This document shows positions 1-12,400 of a stretch of DNA of 64,000 nt, piece after piece (positions within the stretch are counted from its first letter, which is position 1; the number at the start of each line of letters is the position of its first letter). A model generated the notes under the pieces. That model worked only from the letters and a program-made list of their open reading frames with translations, was not told the origin of the DNA and did not search any database. The stretch covers positions 103,230,001-103,294,000 of the forward strand of contig NW_026262581.1 of assembly GCF_021869535.1 (NCBI RefSeq), given 5' to 3'. The DNA comes from Mytilus californianus. Taxonomy: Eukaryota. Position numbers and translations under genes: made by a program.

Positions 1-471
1 TTTTAAAAAAAGCCTTTGCTGATCTTAATCATTCAATATATTTTCTACATTTATTTTAGAAAAACTAGAAAATAACATGTCATCAAGATCGCCAATGAAA
101 AAATATATAATTCAAGGGAAAAGAAGTTTCCATAATGCCAACAATTTTTTCAGATTTTTTATGGTTAAGTACCATGGCTCTGGAATGACAATTATAACAA
201 GAGTGCACATGTTGAGATGTCTCAACTGTTTTACTGACCACTGATTTTATGTTGAAAGTTCCAATCTTTACCTTTGAGAATTACAGATGAGTAAATATAG
301 GAGTATGTGTTGCCTGTACTATTTAAGGATACATTTACTGATGATAGCATATCTTTATTCTCTTTAAACTTTTAGGCAAATAACTTTTTAAATTACACAG
401 TCATGTACATCATACACTAATAACTCTCTCGGCAAAAAGATAAGCTATTGTGTTCAATATGAAATATTTAC

Positions 472-3400
472 CATCTACAACAGCTACTGTGAAAATATCA
501 CCACATGCAACTGATGTAACATTCTGACTGTCTAAAGTTCTCAAGAGTTGTGGCACACGGCTGTTACCATGACCACTGTTACCAAGCTGTCCAAACTGGT
601 TGGATCCAAACATATAACATTTCCCATCAGCTAGAAAATAATTCATACAAATAAACTGAAATTGTTTACATATATGATTATACCATCCACTTCACACTTA
701 CATACAAAAAAAGAACAGAACATTGAGTAACAATTATATAAAAAATTAAGAAATATTATCTTTTTTCATGTTATTCTGTAATTACAACCATAATTCTGTT
801 GAAAGAAAAATCTGCACTGTGTTCTCATCAAGAGGATTTTAAATACAATAAATCATAAAAATACCTGTTACAGCAGCAGAATGTGATGTTCCCATGGCAA
901 CTTGTTTAACATGTAAATTGATGAGTGGATATGATGCTACAGGTGAAAATGAATGAACTTCCTCTATGACCTTCATTGTTGACCCATCAGGGGAGATGAC
1001 ATCCAAGGCTAATTTATTATATCTGATAAAAAAAGATATTCATACGTAAGCTTTACAATGATCATACTTCAAAATATTTCACAAATATCTGATTATATGT
1101 TAATTTAAAAGTAATTATATTTAAGAATTGTTAAAAAAAACCCAGCAGAAATAAATACATAAAATTTATATGGTACTTCCTTCTGAACACTGTCACAATG
1201 AGTGAATATGCTTCAGTCCAATACAGCAATAACTATGCAAATACAGAAAACATAATGTAATACTACTAGGGGTTTTATGTTTAAATGAGAAATCATGCTA
1301 TTTCCCTGCACATTTGTTGACACTTCTACAGTGACAGTCAATTTTGCCAGTAGAGTAAATCCAATTGCCTAAACTCCAGAAAGACAGTATAGGCCTTACC
1401 GTTGCCTATAATTGCTTATATCCAATTCATTTGAACTTTGGTGGATAGTTGTCTCATTGCAAAATCATACCACATCTCCTTATTTTTATACTTATTTCTA
1501 ACCTACCATGAAATTAGAATTGAATCCCTCTAAAGAAATGTCTACTTACTACATCTAATGAATGATAGAAGGATAGTAAGAAAGATAGTTCTAATGATAC
1601 GACTTGAGAATTTTATGAATAAAAAGTATATCCCAATGAGGCAGCAACCCAAAACACAAAACATATGATCTTCAACAATATCACACTTAAGAAGAGACTT
1701 GAGTATTTTACCTATTGCTTCCACAACATAATAATTTATTATCATGAGTTAGAATCATAGAACAATCTACACCACAGCAGACTTTAGATGGTTGAAAGTG
1801 TTCTGGTATTGGTACAGGCATTGGGGAGGCATGCGAGTCCTGAGTTCCAAGTCCTAGTCTTCCATTATCTCCCCTACCCCATGAAAATACTTCATGTTCA
1901 TTGGTCACTGCAATCACATGTGATGCTCCACAGGAAATCTGGGTTACTTCGCATCCTAATAATGCTTCTACAATCTTAGCCTGAAAAAAATCATCAATAC
2001 TTTTACCATTGCTAAAAAAACATCCATCGTGGGACAATGCATATCAATTTACACACACTGGTAAATTTACACATATATATTTCTCTATTTTGATGACAAA
2101 CTCTACTCAAATAAATAACCTATTTCTGGTCATTAAGTTGATTTCAAAAGAATAACTTTTTTTCCCATGTACCTGTTGTCAGTTTGTGACCTGATCTATT
2201 TAGCTGAAACATGTGTATAAATTATTTCAATACATAATGATCTTTGTCCTTAATATTATATTCAACAGACAGCTGTATAACTTGAAACATATATTTTATT
2301 TTCTACCTTAAATACAAACTAACCTGAGCTACATCATTATGATTACCATGACCCAGACATCCATTAGCCCCACTACCAAACTAACCTGAGCTACATCATT
2401 ATGATTACCATGACCCAGACATCCATTAGCACCACTACCAAACTAACCTGAGCTACATCATTATGATTACCATGACCCAGACATCCATTAGCACCACTAC
2501 CAAACTAACCTGAGCTACATCATTATGATTACCATGACCCAGACATCCATTAGCACCACTACCAAACTAACCTGAGCTACATCATTATGATTACCATGAC
2601 CCAGACATCCATTAGCACCACTACCAAACTAACCTGAGCTACATCATTATGATTACTGTGACCCAGACATTCATTAGCACCACTACCAAACTAACTTTTG
2701 CTACATCATTATGATTACCGTGACCCAGACATCCATTAGCACCACTACCAAACTAACCTGAGCTACATCATTATGATTACCATGACCCAGACATCCATTA
2801 GCACCACTACCAAACTAACCTGAGCTACATCATTATGATTACCATGACCCAGACATCCATTAGCACCACTACCAAACTAACCTGAGCTACATCATTATGA
2901 TTACCATGACCCAGACATCCATTAGCCCCACTACCAAACTAACCTGAGCTACATCATTATGATTACCATGACCCAGACATCCATTAGCACCACTACCAAA
3001 CTAACCTGAGCTACATCATTATGATTACCATGACCCAGACATCCATTAGCACCACTACCAAAAGTCATCAATATTCCTCTATCTGGAATAAAGTTAATGA
3101 ATACAAATGTAGTGCATTCTGATTGATGAATTGGTGCTTAATATCCAGTTGCAAATATTACATGTCAGGACAACAGCAATGTTACACAAATATACCGATC
3201 TTTGAAATATACCAACTTGCTGGGTTGGATTTTTTATATATTTTAGTTCACAAGAAAATATCCATACACTCAGCTAATCAGACTTTCCTCATACTCTAAT
3301 ATGCTATGTGCTTAATGGAGAATCAGTGTATACCAATTCTTAAGTCATTTGGTTGACCCAACCATTTTTAAAACAAACAACCTCCCACAATCAAGATAAG

Positions 3401-6400
3401 CAACATACCCCAGACCACTGAATCACAAAAAGGAATGAAATAATCATTGAAAGAGGAATCTGTTTCAAGGAAAATAAACATCTTGTCTGAATGAAAATGT
3501 ATTCAAAATTAATTTCTAAAGTCTAGATAGAAATAAACCAAACAGTATGAGTGTTCTGTATTTATATCTCATGTTTGTGGTTCCTAGTTTATTATTCATA
3601 ACATGTTAAACATTTAGGTACGTTTGTTTCTTTTCAGTTCACTTTTGTTATGATTTTATATAAATATCAACTATGTGATAATATGCGATTAATTTGACAT
3701 GTTTTAAACTTAAAGATGACATTTTATTCAGCAATTTTCTTGTCATTAATTTCCAATGATTATTATTGTCCTTACCTGTAAGACAAGCAGTATGAAAGTC
3801 CCCACATGCCACATGCTGTATGTTGACTGCTGATTGACCCTCCAGGTACCTTGGTATAAATGTTGGAGCAGGTATGTCAGTAGCTCCAGGTATCAGTGTA
3901 TCTGTTCCTGCTACTGATGATGACTATCATGGAAGAAAATAAGCAATTTAGTATTATTAATACAAAAATTACCAGGGATAGGTATATTAGTTTGTTCAAT
4001 CATTGTCCTATAATCATTTCTATACTTTACAATTCATTGTTCTATTTTATGAAAATAAAGTTACTTCCCTTCATATTTCGTAGAAAAAGAAAGCACAAAA
4101 TTTGTGCAGGTCAGAGTATCAAAAATACCTTGTTATCACTTTCAAATTATTTTTCAAGTTAAAAGGTCATAAAACTAACCTCCCAGACAATCAGTCGGCC
4201 ATTTTTAGTAACTCCAGCTTTCTGTGTTCTGCCTGTTGAGGCCTGTATAAGTTGTGTATCTGTAGAAGGTAGTCCCATCTTTACAGGTCGGCCAATACCA
4301 CTTCCCCAATAGAATGCCGAACTTAGTGTCGTTGGTTTGGTGGATATAGATTCTAAAATTTAATTTTACGGAATACCAATTTTAATCAGACATGTCAGAG
4401 TTGAAAAGATTAACTACAGGGTAATTAAAAAAATATGGTGTACCCCGGTATCTGTTTTATATCAAATTTCCCATCCTTGAACTAATAAAAGATTTTTTAC
4501 TCTCTCCCAAATGCTTAAAAAAAATAAGGTATCATGGGAAATTAAGTCTCTAGTTAAGCTCAGAAATCATATATACATCAGACAGGTAGATTCTTTTGTA
4601 AATTGATATACCACAATAAAATTTATGTTTAAGTTAGGTTAAAGTTTTTCATCTAAATTTGACTATTTTAGTTTGTCTTTCACCATTCATATTTTCTAGA
4701 TGTCAAACAAGATAATGTAAAAGAAAGAATGGCAAATTATCTTCTCCTGAATTAATCATATTTTCACAAAAGTTCACTACCCTAGCAAATCCACAAAATT
4801 TTTTAATGATGCATTTCTAGTAAATATCTTTACAAATAAAATACAAATTGTATTTCATAGAAGATAATGATAATTTCTCAGATTTGTCTTAATGTTTGCA
4901 AATATTATGGGTGCCAACAGATGCTCACTGTATCTGTGTTTTTATAGCTTAAAGAACAGGTGATACAGAAATAATCTCTCCATGACCAACAATAATCAAT
5001 GTAAACTTACCCCTAGAGGTATGACTTCCCCTTATAGACATTCTATTGAATGGAGAGGATGATGGCATTGGTCGATGAATTCTAAAACAAAAAAGACATT
5101 ATAAATATTATTTTACTTTAGCTTTTTTAATCAAGAGAAGTTGGTGACCATAAATATCAAAAGATTTTAATATAAGATTAACATCTTGTGATTCTTGTCA
5201 TGACATAAAGTTTTTGTACAAAATTCAATATGTCATTATACATGATTGGAACCTTTATTCACATGAAGAATATTATTCTTAATTGAGACGACTAAGTTAA
5301 TAAATAAAACAGAGTAGAAAAACCAACCTTGTACAGTTTATTTTCCCCATGTCTGTGTGCAGATACATTAATGCATTTATAACTATGGGCTGAGCCATTA
5401 TCTGATTTATTGTTGGTCTTTTATTTGGATCTAAGTGGAGCATGCTTAATATCAGACTTTTTAGTTCATCGCTGTAATTGACAGATATTGGTGCAAATGT
5501 ACCTCTCATGATCTTCATTACCAAGGCTGGCAAATTCTAAAACAAAATGTATATTTATTTATCAAATAAATATATGTTTAGTATATTAACAATAGAGTAC
5601 ACATATCAAAACAGATGACTTGTCATTGACTTTATCTTTCTAAATTTGTGAAAATGTATATACATTTTGGAAAAACTGTATTTCATTGTGAATGGTTTTT
5701 TTATTTTGCAGCAAGCCTACTTACTGTACGACATTGCTTATTTAAAAATATAAACTTTCATTATGCTTTGCTATATTCACTTTGATAAGATGAAAATTAT
5801 GTTATATTACATACAGCAGCTTCAAATGCCCTCTTAAGACTTGCCAGCTCATATAATACACATCCTAGAGCCCATATATCACTCTTTTGGTTATAACTAA
5901 ATTTACATGTTAAGGTTGTAACATAATTATAATGATGTTTTTAAAATAGATCAGCTCTCGTAATATGTTTGTTCAGAAAAAAAGATTCAATTTGTAATGT
6001 TTAATCAATGTACATATATTTCATTTACAATTATCTAACCACAAAATTCCATTGACATCAGAAGTGCAAAGCCAAGATGAAAGTAAAGTGTTGTGGCAAA
6101 AAATTCATCCTTTTGGTAGTTTCTTTACATGCATTATTTATCATTCGTCTTCCTAACTATTTGGACACCCAAAATTTATAGATAAAAGGCCTTGTCGAAA
6201 TCTCAAAAACTAAGTAGATTTGTTTGCATGAGCACATCACCCATCCCCCTTATTTGACTTTTACTCAATAACAAAACATAAAAAGTTAAAAGGCACTATC
6301 ATTTACAGGTATTGTGATTGTTATAAAAGTTCTGCCATGAGATTCTGTGAGAAAAAACTTCCTTTGTACAAGATAACCAGATTTTGTCTACATTTTGAAA

Positions 6401-9400
6401 AATAAATTTCACAACTTTACAACAATTAATCTTTAAATCATTTGAATCACAAAGTAGATTGTTTTATGGAACTACATCTTTAGTTAATTTTCTAAAAAAG
6501 TTCCAATAAATTAAAAGATGTACTCAAAATTGTCAATTACTTTAAAACATCATTTGACCAATCCCAGTTAAATCATCATCATAATGTCATGTAGATTTAA
6601 AGAGAGATCTATTAAATAAATCCATCTATTTCAGAATAATCCCCAATAAATTTTGTAAAAGGATACGGTTTCCCTTCACAGAGTTCTGGTGAAATGTAGC
6701 ATGGTGTTCCAACAACCTAAAATAAACAAATACTAAATTTCAAAATGTATCTGGTATATCAAAACAATATATATTCAAACATATCATTCTATTGGTATGG
6801 GGTGTAATAAGCTTAGGAGTATTATGCTGTTACAAGTTTGTGCTGTCGTTTTTCTTGCTTAATCATAGTACTCTTTTTTTCTGGAACCAGTTAAAACGAA
6901 TAGCTATGGTGATGTAAATATATCTGGTCAATTCAGTGTGATGTTTACTTCAAAGCTAATATTGATTTAACATGAAGCTATTACTGTTGAAATAACACTT
7001 AGCTAGTAATCAGAATTTGTTTGATTTTGAAGATAAAGAAAATGTAGTGTTGTTACAATATACCGGTAAATGAAAAGAAAAAAGTTCGAAAATGATAGAT
7101 ATTCTTACAATAACTGATTTTTTCTTCCACATTCTCTATCAATCAGTTGCTATTCAAGTAGTAAATAAAAGGTAACCAACGAAATGAAAATATATGACCC
7201 AAACAAAAAGTCTCATTCAATAACACATATATTTGGTGTTTTATTTTATTTATCCATATAATTTTTTTGCAACATCTATCTTTTTAAAGAAACATGAAGC
7301 TTTATTTCGTGCATTGATTATTGAAAAAATATATCTTTATATCAACAGACAGTTTACAGATCATGAAGAAATGAACTCTGAAGACTACTGCTTCTCGAAA
7401 CTATCATGTTGAATTCAAATTGAAGTGAAAAGGATTTTATATTATATATGATTTGTTTGGATATATATGGATGGCCAGTTTACATTTCTTTGAACCGAAT
7501 TTGGATTAATTAATTATCATAAGGAAAATAGTTTTGTAAATTATTGTCATAAACTGTTGACAGAGATTTGTCTCACCTGTGTGTAATTTCGATAAATTGA
7601 TTGCAATAATGAAAATGCTTAGTTCTATCATGTCTACCATTAAGAACTACAAATGTATACTCACAGTGTAAGCTTTACTTTTACTGCTTAAAACTTTTGA
7701 AATGCCAAAATCTCCAATTTTTACCACTTCTTTTCGTTTGTCAAGTAGTATATTCTGTGTTTTCAAGTCTCTGTGCAAGATCTGTTTGGAGTGTACATGT
7801 TGTAATGAAAGCAACATCTGTGCAAAGTATTTTAAAATTTCCTAAAAAAAAACATAAATGTTTCTATACAATCCAAATAGCATACATATCACAGTTTGCA
7901 TGTTTCTAAGTATTATGCAAATATTAAATATGTAAGCCTCAGATCTGTGTAGGGCCTCAAATCTGTGTACATTTCTCAAATCTGTGCCCCATCATGACGT
8001 CAATCACTAATCTATTTCCGTTAAAAAAGATATGGCCTCAAATCTGTGTCCTATTTTCAAATTTGTTTTCAATCGTGACGTCATTCGCAAATCTATGTCT
8101 GTTTAAAAAAGATACAGCCTCAAATCTGTGTCTTTTTCTTAAATCTTTTTCCAGTTTGTTTCGCCATGCTAAAATTTATGCCCGTCTAATAAGTACGGCC
8201 TTATAGGATTTTTGTTTTATTAAGTCATTTCCCATGATTCAATGTTAAGTTGGGATGTGTTCTCCATGTGTGTGCTTAAAAATTTTACATGCGTGTGTAA
8301 TTATTGCATGATTTACATTTTATTGTAAAACTACAACATTTTCAAATTGTTTGCTTTTCTTGATCCCGTGTTTAATGGTTCTGCAGTAATTATCGTTACT
8401 TCCCTTTACTCATTACGTCTTGATAACAAATACGAAATATAAGTTAATAAACAACCTGAGACAAAATGACATCTGTATACATTGTATCAAGCAACTAAAG
8501 ATACATGTAAGGCCTTCAACAATGAATTAAACCTATTCTGTATCGTAAGCTATAAACACATACACCTATTTACAAACGTTTTGTTCAATGTTTCAATGTA
8601 AATGTACCACATAAAAATGTTTAGGGTATAATTTATTGTGTTTAACATCGACATTTTGTGCCACTATCTTATTAAAAAAAATTTTTTTCTGGTGAAACTA
8701 TTCCAGTTTCGAATCTATGTATTTTTTTAAATCCATTGTGTACCCAGGTTATTCAGTGTGCACCACATTTTTTATGTTATTTCTTCATAGACAGAAAAAA
8801 TATTACAGTCATTCCTTAAATAACAAAAAATGATTCTAAATCGCTAAAAATAAAATGTGTTTTATTTTTTTAATTGAAGAATTTGTAAATCACAATGGGG
8901 CATATATTAACTTTTTGGTCTTAGCTGATATCTATTTAGTTCAAATGTAAAATTTGTAATTATGTCTTTAATAAAGAAAATCTTTCCCCGAGAAGAATCA
9001 TTCTTTATGTTTTGGCATATTCCTTCTCTCCAGAAACCAGATGTAAACACTGCTGTCCCTTTGTTCATGGCTGGATTTGTCCTGAATTGTAAATATTCCC
9101 CAATAGTCGGAGTAAAGATGTCCTGATAATTGTCAGAAACATTTAGATTCTTGGTCATAAAAGTAAAGCAACAAAAACTTTTTTACCATTCCGTCTGAAA
9201 ACAGCACCTTCAATTCGTCAACAATTTTCTTTGCTCCCCAGTTTTGATGTTCTTCTTTGGCTTTAGCAATCTGTATAATGTGAGGCATATCCGCCCAAAA
9301 TGCTTCTGGATTTGGATCCTTTGAAATACCCTTTTTCCGCTTACTAGACATCATGTATCCCTCATTTGGAATTGTGTCCTGCTCCGCCATCATTCCTTTT

Positions 9401-12400
9401 ATGCAGTGATGTCATATACTTGATGACGTCTTGCTATGTCTTACGTCACCACATTTCGATCGATAAAGGACATAGATTTGAGACAAAAATGGCCATAGAT
9501 TTGAGTTAATAAAGGACATAGATTTGAGACAATAAAAGACATAGATTTGAGACAATATAGGACATAAATTTGGAACGTCTATTACGCAATATTAAAAAGG
9601 ACATACATAATTGATACATTTGTGGAAAGGACATAGATTTGAGGCTGGACATAGATTTGAGGCTTACAAATAAATTTTTATTGATATATTGTTATTTCCA
9701 AGTATTGAAAAAGTAGTGGGGGAGTTGTCTTTAGATTTGCAATATTGAACTTCTTATTCAATTAAATTTATTCAATTTCCTTTACAAGTTAAAAATTTAC
9801 ATTAACATTAAAGGAGTGAGAATGAATTTCAACATTTCATTATAAAATTTGCATTAATCTATATCTAAGTTACACTCGAGTGACATTTTATTCATCAATA
9901 TTTCTAATATTAATATGACAATATAATATTGCATGGAGAGTTACCTCTTCTTCTAAGAGAATACCATTTCTTTGTTGTAAAACATCCATCAGTGTCCCAC
10001 CTGTTTTAAAAAACACATTTGAGTGATAGCTTTTTTATTACACTGCATGCAATTTTTCTAAAAAAAAATAAATGTGATTATGAATGTTTTTACTTTTTTG
10101 ATAAAGCAAAGACTATTGATTTTTTTTACAGAAATCAGACATTGTGGTTCATCTTTTCTACACAAATCTACTCTTTGTTACTTTAAATTAATCATTGTCT
10201 TCGTTATAAAATAAAAAAAATTAACACAAATATTTTTCATTTAATTTTGTTCTTTTTCGCTCCATATAACTGAACTTCCCTTCACCATTGTACACATAGT
10301 TAGACTTAGTCAAAGGTCATTTAACATTAATTGACAATGTCAATGCAATATACTTATTTGGAAGGTGGATACTTACAAATTTTCACTGTAATTACCTTGA
10401 GCATACTCCATTACTATCATTAAGGCTTTGTCTTCTAGGAAGTTTTCATAATATTTTATAATATTTGGATGTGACAACATGGAAAGAACTTTGCTTTCAT
10501 TCAATGCTGCCTGTCTCTCTTCTTTGGTCATTTGTTCTACAGGAATCTGCTTTATAATTACTAACTTTTTATCTGCTAGTCTTCTGCACAGGTGAACAGT
10601 TCTGTATTTATATGACAAGAGGGATAAATTATGATCATACAGTAAGAAGTGAATTGTATGAAGAAAACAGCCATTTGGTCAAAAAAAGTACTACAGTGTA
10701 CATACTGTTTTCAAGACTGCAAATGTCTGTACAATAAACTACTATACAGAAATTTTATTTTAATTTCATATATGAATTCTGCTGGTTAAATTACACAAGA
10801 AAATTTTTAAAAATTGAGGGTAACTGTTTTAGATTTTGAAATACGAGCTAATGAAATTAACAGCATGCGCGTATATATATGATACACCAAAAATAAAAAG
10901 AATATATACAATGTAGGGAACATCATAAAAATCAGTAATTATTTTTACATTATCAGGATTTTCTAATTTATTATAATTCATTCAAAAGTATTTTTTTCAA
11001 ATGAATGACAAATCAATTGGTGCAAAGAAAGTTCTTGAAAGTTTAACTTTAGCAGAAAAAAATGAAAATTTTCAGCAACATAATTGATGGCTTTGCAGAG
11101 AAAATGGCACAAAAGCCGCACATGTTTATATTATAGCACAAGAAATCTATTTCAGGGCATATAATGCGATGCAAATGAGGACTGTTTACTTTTCTATCAT
11201 CAATAAACTTGAATATGACAGGAATTGGTATAGAGTTTTGATGTACAGTAGGAATAGCTGCATGATGATGTTGCAATTAAAATACAGTGCCAGTACATAA
11301 TTTACATGTAGTGACAAAAAAAAGAAATGGGATCCCCAGCATTGAAAAAAAACAGGTTGTTTATATGTAGCCCAAAAAATGACCACATGGACGCCCACTT
11401 TTTTCTTTTGCAATCAACTTTTGACTGCTCTAAGAATGTTACATCGAAATTGCAGGAAACAAGAATGTGTCCATAGTACACAGATGCCCCACTCGCACTA
11501 TCATTTTCTATGTTCAGTGGACCGTGAAATTGGTGTCAAAACTCTAATTTGGCATTAAAGTTAGAAAGATCATATCATAGGGCATGTGTACTAAGTTTCA
11601 AGTTGATTTGACTTCAACTTCATCAAAAATTACCTTGACCAAAAACTTTAATCTGAAAAACTTTAACCTAAAGCGGGACAGACGGACGAACGAACTAAAG
11701 GACGAACGGACGCACTGACCGAAAAACATAATGGGGCATAAAAATCAAGGGTAGAATTTTTCTATGTTTTATTGACAAGAAAATTATCTACAACTTTTTA
11801 AATTCAACAAATATTTTTATCACAATTAGCCTTCATTTTAGGGACTTACTTAAAAGTCTATAAATTAAACTTTAAGGACACTTTGCAAAAATATGAATGA
11901 AATATCCCTTTTTTTCGTTATCAAAGTTGAATTATGCTTTGGAAAAGCAGGGATCATTATGACTTCCCTCCTCTACCTTGTAATAAACCTTGAAAAAAAA
12001 TCCCAATCAAAATCAAAAAAAGATTTTATCTTTTTGAAACACAAAATACACATAAATTTTATATATCTAGTGGATGTCAGGCCTTGAAACTTTTCCAACT
12101 GCACAGGTTAGTCTGTACTCAAGTAGTTTTTGAGGTAAATACTCAGCAATATTTTTCCATTTGTTATGATGAACCTTAATATTAAATAGATACTTATACA
12201 GACTTTGTCCTTTTCCACATATCACCTGCCTAATATTATTCATATTATGGGGACAAATTCCCTAATAACAGTAAGAAAACCAATAAAATGAAATATCAAT
12301 ATAATAAACTGTTATCACAGAGATATGTCTCGCTTTTTTGTAATTTTGATAATGCAAATGTTGAAATTAAAATAGCAACACTTTAACATGTAAGTTTTGC

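Noticed and set aside
2317-3062. CRISPR-like array
   Set aside because: The units are contiguous with no unique spacers, the context is a eukaryotic intron, and the unit is exon-derived.
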